From a virus: 64,000 nucleotides of DNA. Numbering within the stretch: the first letter of the stretch is position 1; each line of letters opens with the position of its first letter. The notes under the pieces were generated by a model that did not search any database, was not told the origin of the DNA, and saw only the letters and a program-made list of their open reading frames with translations. The position numbers and the translations under genes were made by a program. The stretch spans positions 64,001 to 128,000 of the IMG/VR virus record IMGVR_UViG_3300028376_000003, one strand, 5' to 3'. This document shows, piece by piece, positions 31,300-40,234 of the stretch.

Positions 31300-32197
31300 T
31301 TTTAATATAATATGTTCAATATCTAATACAGTCATAAGTGACGGCGATAGAGCAAGTATTCAGATATTAGTCCCTGGTGGAAGTGAAAATTTCAATTCAC
31401 ATAAGAACATAATTGTATCAGAAAGTGGTACACAAGAGTTCTTCTCACCATTTGGGTTTCCAATAAATGGTCGATATGATAGCTATGGAAGATTAAGACA
31501 TATAGAAAATGACATAAATGTAGAAATGTTAGAAAAATTCTTTAACATAAATATATATGAATTACTTAATCTAATACATTCTAGTAGTAGAACTTATGAT
31601 GAAGAGGTTAAAAACACAGACATAATTGACAATTTGTTCATATCTTTTTTTAGAACAGAAGTCATTGACTACATAGACAATGGAAGCCTAGATATAAATA
31701 TTGACAACCCCGAAGAATATACTAGAGGTGCTTACATAAAAAGTATTTTAGATGGTATTGATGATTATAACATAACAAACATATCAGAAAGAATATCATA
31801 TATTGAAAGTATGGCAGAAGCTGATATTACAGAAGAAATTTCGAAAGAGTTTTTTGATTTAATAAGAAAACAAACTACAAGAAAAAAGACATATATTCAA
31901 TCATTATGGCAATATAATATGTTTGAATTGCTACCAATTGATTTAATATTTAAAGACTATATAATTAAACAATATAATCTTATTTCAACGATGACAAATG
32001 AATTGAAAGTATTATTGAGACCAAGCTTATATGGATCACAAGAAGGTGATGATTTATATAGATACAAATTTAATAAAGAAATAAATAATCTAATCATTAA
32101 TGATTTAGAATCAGAATCAGAATGGTTAGATGGTGAAGAAAAATCCATTATAAAGACACATAATCGATCTGTCAAACTAGACAAATTGTATTCATAG
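31292..32197 (+). CDS. Hypothetical protein
   Basis: 301 aa; MGSFNIICSISN...PINGRYDSYGR; ends NRSVKLDKLYS. Confidence 0.75.
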   Translation: MGSFNIICSISNTVISDGDRASIQILVPGGSENFNSHKNIIVSESGTQEFFSPFGFPINGRYDSYGRLRHIENDINVEMLEKFFNINIYELLNLIHSSSRTYDEEVKNTDIIDNLFISFFRTEVIDYIDNGSLDINIDNPEEYTRGAYIKSILDGIDDYNITNISERISYIESMAEADITEEISKEFFDLIRKQTTRKKTYIQSLWQYNMFELLPIDLIFKDYIIKQYNLISTMTNELKVLLRPSLYGSQEGDDLYRYKFNKEINNLIINDLESESEWLDGEEKSIIKTHNRSVKLDKLYS

Positions 32198-32461
32198 ATG
32201 AAATTTAATAAAGAAGATAGCCTTATTGGTATGCATTTTGTATACATGTCTGGATATGATAAGAATCCTAAATTTGATAAGATAATAAAACTCGTTGAAC
32301 CAGTAGGTTTAACTATACAAGAATTTATAAATAAAGCTTATTATCCTATAGATTCATATGTAATTTCACAAAATGGCATAAGGTACGAAATGAGAGAGAT
32401 AAAGCTAACTCCAATTAGTGAAATTAGAAAAAACAGATTAAAAAAATTAGGAATTAAATAG
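32198..32461 (+). CDS. Hypothetical protein
   Basis: 87 aa; ends IRKNRLKKLGIK. Confidence 0.65.
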   Translation: MKFNKEDSLIGMHFVYMSGYDKNPKFDKIIKLVEPVGLTIQEFINKAYYPIDSYVISQNGIRYEMREIKLTPISEIRKNRLKKLGIK

Positions 32462-32477
32462 ATATATGTAATTAGTT

Positions 32478-32915
32478 ATGGCAGAACTTAAAAAGAAAAG
32501 AAAACGTTATAGATTAAATACATTTTTCTACATTGAAGTATATGATATAGCAGCACTTAGGAGTAAAAAACTAAATAAAGTAATGGGATTAGATAATAAC
32601 ATAAGACCCACCTATTTTAGTACACTAAGTAGAAATACTTCTATAAAGAATATATATCTTTCTAGCTTTTGGAAGAAGAAACAAAGTGCTATCAACCAAA
32701 AGGCTGCTATGAAAGAAATGTGTGATAAAAAGAATCTAACTATGGAAATAATCGAAATTAATAGATTAGAGTTTATAAAATTAATACCGCTAAAAGTACC
32801 AGAGTGTTCAAAATGGGATATGGGATTATACATAATTAATATAGGCATTGTGCGTGATGAGAAAGCATATATGGAAACATTAAAGTGTAGGGAAATAGAC
32901 AACATTAATGAATAA
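32478..32915 (+). CDS. Hypothetical protein (possible paralogue of 32908)
   Basis: FYIEVY..LRSKKL..NIYLSSFW versus YYIEMY..RRLRI..NIYFALFF in the neighbour. Confidence 0.65.
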   Translation: MAELKKKRKRYRLNTFFYIEVYDIAALRSKKLNKVMGLDNNIRPTYFSTLSRNTSIKNIYLSSFWKKKQSAINQKAAMKEMCDKKNLTMEIIEINRLEFIKLIPLKVPECSKWDMGLYIINIGIVRDEKAYMETLKCREIDNINE

Positions 32916-33324
32916 TCAAAATAAGACACGAATTAGATATCTATATTATATAGAAATGTACACACTTGTACAATATAGAAGATTAAGGATTGCTCAAGTG
33001 TTGTCTCATCAAACAGAAACATTAGAGACCCTTTACTATAATGGACCTAGGGGATATATCGAACCCCAAAATAATATATACTTTGCCTTATTTTTTAGAA
33101 GTTCAGAAAGTGCAAGGAAGTGTATAAACCTAGTTAGTGAGAATAACTACAAAAATTTTCAATTTATTATTAACAAAATTAGTTCGACTGACTTTGTTAA
33201 TATAATACCAACTACAAAACCATTTAGGATAAACACAAGTCTTACATCAAGATACTACTATAGAAATAACCTAGGGCTAAGAAATGTTGAACTAACTCAC
33301 TTAAAAGAATTAAATTTAAAATAA
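32908..33324 (+). CDS. Hypothetical protein (possible paralogue of 32478)
   Basis: 138 aa ORF. Confidence 0.65.
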   Translation: MNNQNKTRIRYLYYIEMYTLVQYRRLRIAQVLSHQTETLETLYYNGPRGYIEPQNNIYFALFFRSSESARKCINLVSENNYKNFQFIINKISSTDFVNIIPTTKPFRINTSLTSRYYYRNNLGLRNVELTHLKELNLK

Positions 33325-33334
33325 TTAATACACT

Positions 33335-33709
33335 ATGGAAAGCATGGATACAAATATTAAAGACATTATAAGAGGTATTAAAATTGATATAGTTAATAAT
33401 AGATATAAATGTATATCAGCATACAAAATACCAAAAGACGTTGAGCATTGGTTGAATTGTCCAATTTGTGATTTAAAGCCACTTATATGGGAATTTAATA
33501 ATGGATCTTCTACTGGTTGTGGCTGTGGTGAAAACCAATACAGAAACTTTAGTATTGTGACAGAATCTATAATGTCACATATAAGTAGAAATAATGGATC
33601 TGCACTTAATTATGACCATCGTAAATTGAAAAATAACTGGAATCATTGGGTATGTACTAGAGAAGAACTAGAAACACACAAAGGATTATTAGAAGAGGGT
33701 AAGTGGTAG
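33335..33709 (+). CDS. Hypothetical Cys-containing protein
   Basis: CPIC...CGCG. Confidence 0.65.
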   Translation: MESMDTNIKDIIRGIKIDIVNNRYKCISAYKIPKDVEHWLNCPICDLKPLIWEFNNGSSTGCGCGENQYRNFSIVTESIMSHISRNNGSALNYDHRKLKNNWNHWVCTREELETHKGLLEEGKW

Positions 33710-33710
33710 T

Positions 33711-34052
33711 TTATTCCACAATATCTTCTGCTGTTTCTGATAGTGCTATACAAGCCTTTGCAGTTTCTTCGTGTTTAAACTCTAAACACCTATCAGCACA
33801 ATAAACAGAACTTTCAAATACCAAATCCGATATATTAGAGAGATGGTGTGATTTATTCTCAAGTGCATACACAAAAGCTTCACATATCTTAATAAACTCT
33901 CCTAGGTCTACTGAAAAGGCTTTAACTTTAGTCTTTTCCATTGACTTATTTAGTAACTCTATACAGCTATTAACATCATCTATTAGCTGAGAGTTATCAT
34001 TTACCTCCTCTGTTTCTTCATTCTGTTCTAAAAACTTTTTAAGATGTATCAT
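33711..34052 (-). CDS. Probable capsid-internal protein
   Basis: N-terminus MIHLKKFLE; TTAATATATA upstream. Confidence 0.6.
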   Translation of the reverse strand: MIHLKKFLEQNEETEEVNDNSQLIDDVNSCIELLNKSMEKTKVKAFSVDLGEFIKICEAFVYALENKSHHLSNISDLVFESSVYCADRCLEFKHEETAKACIALSETAEDIVE

Positions 34053-34168
34053 TATAATTTATTTATTTACTTATATATTAAATATTTACATAGTAAACAG
34101 ATACAAATGTTAAAGTATCCTTTTTATATAAACTTTTCCATAGGTATGTATATATTAATAAAGAAACT

Positions 34169-34840
34169 ATGGTAGAGTTATTACATTTTGATATAGAAAC
34201 CACAAGTGAGTATGAAAACTTCGAATCATTTAAGGAAAACGATGAGAGGGGATCAGCTTTATTTGAAGCCAAATGCAAAAAAATGAATTGGATAGAAAAG
34301 TGTGGGAGTATAGAGCAAGCATACATTGAAAATGGTGGGATAATATCAACATATGGTAAGATAATATGTATATCATTTGGATTTACCGTTAACGGAGAAA
34401 AAAGAATAAAATCGTTATACTCTGATAATGAAAAGGATTTAGTCAATAAGTTCAATGAATCTCTAAAATACATAGAAAAAAAAGCTTTTCATTTATGTGG
34501 ATTCAGGATAAAACATTTTGATATTCCTTGGATATTACACAAATTACATAAATATGGTATAGAGCCAGTTGATATGATATATGTATATGATAAGAAACCA
34601 TGGGAGATGAGAGTAGCTGATATGTCTGATGATTGGAAAACTGGTTACTTATTATCACATACCTTTGATGAAATGTGTTATGAATTAGGTGTGGAATCCC
34701 CTAAGAATGAACTAGATGGTTCTAAAGTCCATAAAGCATACTGGTCTGGTAATTTAGATTCAGTTGTAAAATACTGCGAATCAGATGTTTCATCATCAAT
34801 TGATGCTGGGATTAAACTATATAAACATTATAAACATTAG
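34169..34840 (+). CDS. 3'-5' exonuclease (PolB-exonuclease-like, DEDDy)
   Basis: FDIET, GKIICISFG, FDIPW, YCESDV. Confidence 0.85.
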   Translation: MVELLHFDIETTSEYENFESFKENDERGSALFEAKCKKMNWIEKCGSIEQAYIENGGIISTYGKIICISFGFTVNGEKRIKSLYSDNEKDLVNKFNESLKYIEKKAFHLCGFRIKHFDIPWILHKLHKYGIEPVDMIYVYDKKPWEMRVADMSDDWKTGYLLSHTFDEMCYELGVESPKNELDGSKVHKAYWSGNLDSVVKYCESDVSSSIDAGIKLYKHYKH

Positions 34841-34842
34841 AT

Positions 34843-35283
34843 ATGGGAGAAAAAATCACAAAAGGAGATTTATTTTTATTTACATCACATTATGATAATG
34901 GTCGTTCAGTCCATTACTATGGTTCACTTGTAGAAATAATTGGTATTGCAAGTAATAGCATAATGATGGTAACTGGTGAAGGAGATTTAAACACTAAAGA
35001 GAAATTGCTTATAAGAATAATAAAGGATAGTAACTTTAAAGACATTGATTCTAGTAAATTTTCTAAAACGCTTGTAAAAGATTTAAAAATTAAATTTAAA
35101 TTTAATCTAGAAAATGATACCATTGAAGCAGATTCACATGATGTGCACAAGATAAATATAGACTATGGATTAGTTGAAATTGATAAAAAAATAGATAGGC
35201 TTTTAAAAGAGAAAACTCTTTACAATGACTTTCATATCAGGACAAGAAAGCTAAGGAAATTATTAGATGATTCTAATGACTAG
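34843..35283 (+). CDS. Hypothetical protein
   Basis: 146 aa; ends IRTRKLRKLLDD. Confidence 0.65.
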   Translation: MGEKITKGDLFLFTSHYDNGRSVHYYGSLVEIIGIASNSIMMVTGEGDLNTKEKLLIRIIKDSNFKDIDSSKFSKTLVKDLKIKFKFNLENDTIEADSHDVHKINIDYGLVEIDKKIDRLLKEKTLYNDFHIRTRKLRKLLDDSND

Positions 35284-35822
35284 TTATTCTCAAATGGACT
35301 TATCTTAGAATCTATCAAAGACATCAATTCATTGTGTGTTTGTGATAGATTCCTTGATACTAAACCATCTAAAATAAATCTAGTTTCTGTCACATACTTG
35401 CTGACAAATTTATCACTACCTTGTTCTAAATCTGAGCAATTGTGTAATCTATCAGCTAACTTTATAACAAGAGCATAACTAGTCATATTTAGCATTTTAT
35501 CTAATAAATACTCTGATTTACCTACCTTCTCTATTTTGTTATTATCAGATGTAAGTTCTTCTACTATACTACTGACCATTTTTCCAAACTCTTCTTCTAT
35601 ATTACTAATAGTAACATCACAATCTTCAACAGTGTCGTGAAGTAATGCCGCAATACAAATTAGCTCCTTATTTTTACTCACCTTGACCTCCCTAACTATT
35701 TTGCTTACTGCAATTGGGTGCCATGCATATTCTTTGCCAGAAAATTTTCTAAACTGTCCATCGTGTGCCTCTATCATAAATAATAGAGCCTTTCTTAGCT
35801 TTGTTTCTTTTTTAGTTTTCAT
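35280..35822 (-). CDS. Stand-alone RelA/SpoT-type HD hydrolase (small alarmone hydrolase/Mesh1-like)
   Basis: AHDGQFRK.SG.EY..HP, AALLHDTVED, FG..V..IVEELT, IKLADRLHN. Confidence 0.88.
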   Translation of the reverse strand: MKTKKETKLRKALLFMIEAHDGQFRKFSGKEYAWHPIAVSKIVREVKVSKNKELICIAALLHDTVEDCDVTISNIEEEFGKMVSSIVEELTSDNNKIEKVGKSEYLLDKMLNMTSYALVIKLADRLHNCSDLEQGSDKFVSKYVTETRFILDGLVSRNLSQTHNELMSLIDSKISPFENN

Positions 35823-35918
35823 AGTTGTCATATATATTAAACAAATATAACCTTTTTATTTGATATATACAACAGGGGAGATATATACTTTTATATATAT
35901 AATAAAATATAAAAAATC

Positions 35919-36077
35919 ATGGGTACAAAGAATAAAATGTTTTCATTTAGAATACCACCAAAATTATTAGAAGAATATCACGAAATGTGTGATGAGAACT
36001 CAATAAACATATCAAAAAGGATTAGAAAGTTCATTGAGCGTGATTTAGAAGGATGGAGAAATAAGAAAAAGGAATAA
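35919..36077 (+). CDS. Ribbon-helix-helix DNA-binding protein
   Basis: MGTKNKMFSFRIPPKLLEEYHEMCDENSINISKRIRKFIE, 52 aa, below the track cutoff. Confidence 0.7.
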   Translation: MGTKNKMFSFRIPPKLLEEYHEMCDENSINISKRIRKFIERDLEGWRNKKKE

Positions 36078-36187
36078 ATTTAATAAAATATTTCATAAAT
36101 ACTTTAATAATTCGAAATATATTCAGTATGTTTGTATCATATAATTTACTACAGATAATAGTATTATGAACAAACAAAGAAGTTATT

Positions 36188-36424
36188 ATGAAAAATCTTA
36201 AAAAATGGTTTAGAAATTTATCAATTACTAACCTTGCTCACTACTACTGGCTAAAAATAAGAGAAGAATCAAAAGATAGACATGGTGAAAAATTATGTTA
36301 TTGTGGACACACTAATAAATGTAGTTGTGATGACCCAGATAAACAAACTTTTAAAGATTCTGTAAAAAGAGGAACTATAATTATATTTGATAAAAAGAAC
36401 GGTTGGAAAACTTCCAAAAAATAA
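36188..36424 (+). CDS. Hypothetical protein
   Basis: 78 aa; CYCGHTNKCSC. Confidence 0.6.
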   Translation: MKNLKKWFRNLSITNLAHYYWLKIREESKDRHGEKLCYCGHTNKCSCDDPDKQTFKDSVKRGTIIIFDKKNGWKTSKK

Positions 36425-36443
36425 ATGTAATAAATATAAAACT

Positions 36444-36653
36444 ATGGAATCTAATAAAAAAGAAACTAATGGGATATTGTCAGTAGTTCTAAATGTTTTC
36501 CTAGTAGCTACAGAAAATAGGCTAATAAGCTTCGCTATCAAAAATAAAGAATTAAGCCCTGAGCAGACTAGTTATATAGAGTCTGAATACGGCAAAATAG
36601 AATCTATCGAAGATGGTAGTAGTGGGTTCACTAAAACTGTTATATACATTTAA
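36444..36653 (+). CDS. Hypothetical protein
   Basis: ORF 36387..36653; probable ATG start at MESNKK. Confidence 0.5.
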   Translation: MESNKKETNGILSVVLNVFLVATENRLISFAIKNKELSPEQTSYIESEYGKIESIEDGSSGFTKTVIYI

Positions 36654-36664
36654 TAAAATGAACT

Positions 36665-36859
36665 ATGTTAATTAGAAAAATGTATACCTTGTACATAAAT
36701 ACAACACTTAGAACTGCATACTTTGGTAATCTAAAGTTTGGATGTAGAATAGGTGGTGCAAAGTTTGGTAAAGTAATTGATTGTAATTTATCTGATTTGA
36801 AACACAACCTAAGAATACTAGCAGAAGAAAATTATTTAATTAATAAACGCACGTATTAA
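36665..36859 (+). CDS. Hypothetical protein
   Basis: 64 aa ORF in a tandem run. Confidence 0.5.
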   Translation: MLIRKMYTLYINTTLRTAYFGNLKFGCRIGGAKFGKVIDCNLSDLKHNLRILAEENYLINKRTY

Positions 36860-36860
36860 A

Positions 36861-37208
36861 ATGAAAATAACAAAAGGAACATTCAAATATACTGGTATTA
36901 ACGATATAGATATTGACTTAGTCACAGACAAGTGGAATCATTTATGGATGCTTGCTGAGTGGAAAGTAGACAATTCTTGGAAAATAGTCAAATATATTAG
37001 AAAAGACTCTCAAAATACCGAGATAAAGCTAACGATATCATGTGAACAAGCAACTGAACTTATTAAAAACCTTGGCTTAATTAATATTAATACTGGGTTT
37101 CAAAGTGGTTACTCTTGGAGGACTAAAAAGGATATGGTGTATTTAGAGAACTGGAGATTGGCAAGACATAAGAAATTACAGACCAAATTAATAACAAACA
37201 ACTTTTAA
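36861..37208 (+). CDS. Hypothetical protein
   Basis: 115 aa ORF. Confidence 0.6.
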   Translation: MKITKGTFKYTGINDIDIDLVTDKWNHLWMLAEWKVDNSWKIVKYIRKDSQNTEIKLTISCEQATELIKNLGLININTGFQSGYSWRTKKDMVYLENWRLARHKKLQTKLITNNF

Positions 37209-37211
37209 ATT

Positions 37212-37478
37212 ATGAAAGATACATTTAGATACTTCATCAGAAAGAACTTCTCTGAGATTGGCGAAATAAGCAATGAGGATATTGATGAAATCGGAATTGA
37301 ATTTCACAAGTACTTGGATAGCAAATTAAATGATGACCAAAAGGCTAAAATACTACCAAAAAGTGCGATTGATGTAATAATGAATAGCGACCACCCACTT
37401 AAAACAAACGGATTTGAGCCAGCATATATGCTACATTTTACACAATGGACAAAGGAACAAAGTGAATCGCAAGACTAG
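37212..37478 (+). CDS. Hypothetical protein
   Basis: 88 aa ORF. Confidence 0.6.
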   Translation: MKDTFRYFIRKNFSEIGEISNEDIDEIGIEFHKYLDSKLNDDQKAKILPKSAIDVIMNSDHPLKTNGFEPAYMLHFTQWTKEQSESQD

Positions 37479-37543
37479 TTAAATGTTTTTATAAATTTTT
37501 TGGCTATTAGCTTCTATATTTACACAATAATAATAATAAAACA

Positions 37544-37765
37544 ATGAATAAAGACAATAATTCTATTATAGATACTAATGTACCTCTTTTTAAGTATATC
37601 GAGATTAAGGATTATGACAATGATAGTGTTGTTAAGCGACTAGATGTAAGCGATAAATCCGATAGGCGTATAGATACTATCGAAAGTGGGATTGATATAA
37701 ACTTAAACCATGACCAATACTATACGTTTAGTCATGATAGTGAAGTTGAATTAGAACTCATATGA
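37544..37765 (+). CDS. Hypothetical protein
   Basis: 73 aa ORF. Confidence 0.6.
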   Translation: MNKDNNSIIDTNVPLFKYIEIKDYDNDSVVKRLDVSDKSDRRIDTIESGIDINLNHDQYYTFSHDSEVELELI

Positions 37766-37794
37766 AAATAAATTTAAATCTTTTTAAAAAACAC

Positions 37795-37905
37795 TTGTGA
37801 GAAACAAATATTAGTTATATATTTGCACAGAACCTAAAATAATTTAAACTTTTAGTAAAAAAAAGAATATAAATAACCAAAGGAAGAAATAAAATTTAAT
37901 ATATA
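37795..37905 (+). promoter_or_regulatory. Stacked promoter cassette (TTG-N20-TATATTTG; AAACTTTT-N14-TATAAA; TTAATATATA)
   Basis: Motifs at 37795-37825, 37846-37873, 37896-37905; near-duplicate at 42504-42613. Confidence 0.65.
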
Positions 37906-37911
37906 ATAGTG

Positions 37912-38031
37912 ATGAAAAATTTAAACCTAAATACAAATAGAAACTTAACGCTCAATGTGGTGAATATTATGTTATGTAATAGACCATCTAGGGGTTCTAG
38001 TGTATTTAATAAATTTCATCTTATGACATAG
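37912..38031 (+). CDS. Attenuator leader peptide 3 (MKNLNLNTNRNLTLNVVNIMLCNRPSRGSSVFNKFHLMT)
   Basis: Codons 3-24 encode only N/L/T/R/V/I/M/C, the amino acids of the 11 downstream tRNAs. Confidence 0.82.
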   Translation: MKNLNLNTNRNLTLNVVNIMLCNRPSRGSSVFNKFHLMT

Positions 38032-38054
38032 TGAAATAAAAAATACAAATAACT

Positions 38055-38090
38055 AAAACCCCTAGAAATGAAAATTCTAGGGGTTTTTTT
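38055..38090 (+). terminator. Attenuator terminator 3
   Basis: aaaacccctagaa-atgaaaa-ttctaggggttttttt; 5' arm also pairs perfectly with tctaggggtt (37987-37996). Confidence 0.9.
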
Positions 38091-38097
38091 GTTTTAT

Positions 38098-38182
38098 GCT
38101 AGTGTGGTGGAATGGTAGACACGAGGGATTCAAAATCCTTTAATCAGAAATGATTATATGAGTTCAAATCTCATCATTAGTA
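38098..38182 (+). tRNA. tRNA-Leu (CAA)
   Basis: aggga-TTCAAAA-tcctt, long variable arm. Confidence 0.88.
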
Positions 38183-38194
38183 CATATATTACAA

Positions 38195-38268
38195 TCCTCG
38201 TTAGCTCAGTGGTCAGAAGCTCTCGTCTGTTAAACGAAAGGTCGGTGGTTCGAATCCACCACGAGGAG
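38195..38268 (+). tRNA. tRNA-Asn (GTT)
   Basis: ctcgt-CTGTTAA-acgaa; G73. Confidence 0.9.
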
Positions 38269-38276
38269 CAAATAAT

Positions 38277-38358
38277 CGGCATATACCAGCCCAAGCTGAT
38301 ACCTTGGAGAACTGTAGTTGGTAAGTTGAAAACGTAGGTTCGAGTCCTACTGTGCCGA
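38277..38358 (+). tRNA. Atypical tRNA-Ile (GAT): no D-arm, 26-nt variable region
   Basis: cggcata/tgtgccg acceptor, 7-nt linker, ccaag-CTGATAC-cttgg, gtagg-TTCGAGT-cctac. Confidence 0.7.
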
Positions 38359-38372
38359 CTTTTATGACACTT

Positions 38373-38457
38373 GTCGGAGTGGTGGAATGGCAGACACGCT
38401 GGGTTTAAGCTCCAGTGGGCAGTGATGTCCGTGAGGGTTCGAGTCCCTTCTCCGATA
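38373..38457 (+). tRNA. tRNA-Leu (TAA)
   Basis: ctggg-TTTAAGC-tccag, long variable arm. Confidence 0.88.
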
Positions 38458-38466
38458 CGAATAAAT

Positions 38467-38556
38467 GCCAGTGTGGTGAAATTGGATGAAACACGCTAGT
38501 CTTAGGAACTAGTACCCAAGAGGTAAACATTGTCGGTTCGAGTCCGACCACTGGTA
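38467..38556 (+). tRNA. tRNA-Leu (TAG)
   Basis: ctagt-CTTAGGA-actag. Confidence 0.88.
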
Positions 38557-38566
38557 CAAAATAAAT

Positions 38567-38647
38567 GCCTTAGTAGTCCCGATTGTCTTCTAAACAATTA
38601 AGGGTAATTGGAAGCTGAAAATATAGGTTCGAGTCCTATCTAGGGTA
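38567..38647 (+). tRNA. Atypical tRNA-Arg (TCT): no D-arm, 24-nt variable region
   Basis: gccttag/ctagggt acceptor, 8-nt linker, attgt-CTTCTAA-acaat, atagg-TTCGAGT-cctat. Confidence 0.7.
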
Positions 38648-38656
38648 CAAATAAAA

Positions 38657-38730
38657 AGTTCTGTAATTCAGGGGTTCAGAATGCTTCCCTTACAAGGAAG
38701 AAGTCGTTGGTTCGAATCCAACCAGAACTA
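38657..38730 (+). tRNA. tRNA-Val (TAC)
   Basis: cttcc-CTTACAA-ggaag. Confidence 0.9.
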
Positions 38731-38736
38731 CAAAAT

Positions 38737-38808
38737 GTACCTATGACCGAGTGATTTAGGTAGGTGGCTGCAACCCATCGTACGGGGGTTTGAATCCCTC
38801 TAGGTACT
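38737..38808 (+). tRNA. tRNA-Cys (GCA)
   Basis: ggtgg-CTGCAAC-ccatc; U73. Confidence 0.88.
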
Positions 38809-38815
38809 CTAATAT

Positions 38816-38888
38816 GCTGACATAGCTCAATTGGTAGAGCATTTGATTTGTAATCAAAAGGTTGTGGGTTCGAAGCCCTCTGTCAGCT
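38816..38888 (+). tRNA. tRNA-Thr (TGT)
   Basis: tttga-TTTGTAA-tcaaa. Confidence 0.9.
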
Positions 38889-38898
38889 CTGAAAAAAT

Positions 38899-38988
38899 GC
38901 ACTAGTGGCGAAGTGGATGAAACGCATCAGACTTAAAATCTGATACCCTTTGAGGTGAACAACGTGGGTTCAAATCCCACCTGGTGTA
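38899..38988 (+). tRNA. tRNA-Leu (TAA), second copy
   Basis: tcaga-CTTAAAA-tctga, long variable arm. Confidence 0.88.
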
Positions 38989-38992
38989 CTAA

Positions 38993-39078
38993 ATCGCTAT
39001 GAACAGATGTGGTAATTGTGCTTGGCTCATATCCAAGTTAGAGAAATCTTATTGTTGGTTCAAGTCCAACTAGCGGTA
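38993..39078 (+). tRNA. tRNA-Met (CAT), elongator or Ile2, with long variable arm
   Basis: cttgg-CTCATAT-ccaag; acceptor atcgcta/tagcggt. Confidence 0.75.
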
Positions 39079-39080
39079 CA

Positions 39081-39120
39081 AAAAAAGAGGGGATATAATT
39101 AATTATATCCCCTCTTTTTT
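39081..39120. terminator. Bidirectional terminator
   Basis: aaaaaagaggggatataattaattatatcccctctttttt, a perfect palindrome. Confidence 0.88.
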
Positions 39121-39132
39121 ATATTATTTGTT

Positions 39133-39564
39133 TTATTTATTTTTAAGACTTTCTATATCATCCCTTATCTCATCTATATCATCTAAAGATATATCATCCA
39201 AATCTTTACCAGCATCACCAGTATTATCTGTTACTACAGGAATAACATCTTCTATCCCTTTATCTATTTCCTTAGCAATGTAATCATCCCCTGCAATACT
39301 CTCTCTTTCTATTTGTAAACAGAACTGTGCTAATACTGCTAAATCATCATTTTTCTGTGCTAAATCGAATACTTTGCTATTAAGTTCATATTTTGACATA
39401 CCTCTAAATTTCTTTCTAGTATAGTAGTCATAGAAATCTTGCTCTTCTCTAGACATAACATTAGATGGTTTTCTATCAATACCAAATATCTCTGTCTTTT
39501 TAGCTTTTGCAGTTACTGCTTCGCTCACTTTTTTATTGTTAAAGTCTTTATATTTTTTTATCAT
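39133..39564 (-). CDS. Probable capsid-internal protein
   Basis: MIKKYKDFNNKKVSE N-terminus; TTAATATATA upstream. Confidence 0.6.
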   Translation of the reverse strand: MIKKYKDFNNKKVSEAVTAKAKKTEIFGIDRKPSNVMSREEQDFYDYYTRKKFRGMSKYELNSKVFDLAQKNDDLAVLAQFCLQIERESIAGDDYIAKEIDKGIEDVIPVVTDNTGDAGKDLDDISLDDIDEIRDDIESLKNK

Positions 39565-39582
39565 ACTCTTATATATTAATTT

Positions 39583-40218
39583 TTATTTACCATTTATTTC
39601 TTCAAACTCTTTTTCTAAATAAAGATAAATGTATTTTTTATACCTTTTCTTAATATCATCACTCACCGCCCTTGATATTCCCATCCATAGACCAATACTT
39701 TTTAATTTAGAAAATGCATCTTTTATATCATTTGGATTTCTTTCCATTATTAGGTCTGTTATAGATTGTGAAAAAGCCATTACCTCATCTTTATTCGAAA
39801 AATAAGCCTTTTGATCTGAAATGTTTCCTAAAAATTCAAAATTTAAATCAGCTGGTCGTCTCAAACCTTGTTTTAAATGTATATTTTCATGCTTTAATAC
39901 GTGGATAGCAAAACTGATATCATTACTCTCAAGATATCTTACATTATTAGCAAGAACCAATCTAGGCTTTTTAGTAACTGGGTTTAATAAACCAAATACT
40001 TTCATACCATTTGGTGGTGCATCTTCCCTCATTTTATCAGTTGGTAATTCATCATAGAATGTTCTGTAATAAACAACCTCTATATCATTTTTTGCACCAA
40101 TTCTTTGTAATTCATCAACACTAATACTCCACTCAGCCTCGACCTCTTTTATAAACTTTTCTAAATTATCAGACTTCCAATCTATTATTGCCTCATTAAA
40201 CTTTTTTAAATGTTTCAT
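39583..40218 (-). CDS. Probable capsid-internal zincin-motif (HExxH) protein
   Basis: MKHLKKFNE N-terminus; HENIHLKQ...YFSNKDEVMAF. Confidence 0.65.
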   Translation of the reverse strand: MKHLKKFNEAIIDWKSDNLEKFIKEVEAEWSISVDELQRIGAKNDIEVVYYRTFYDELPTDKMREDAPPNGMKVFGLLNPVTKKPRLVLANNVRYLESNDISFAIHVLKHENIHLKQGLRRPADLNFEFLGNISDQKAYFSNKDEVMAFSQSITDLIMERNPNDIKDAFSKLKSIGLWMGISRAVSDDIKKRYKKYIYLYLEKEFEEINGK

Positions 40219-40234
40219 TATTATTCTTTTTTTT

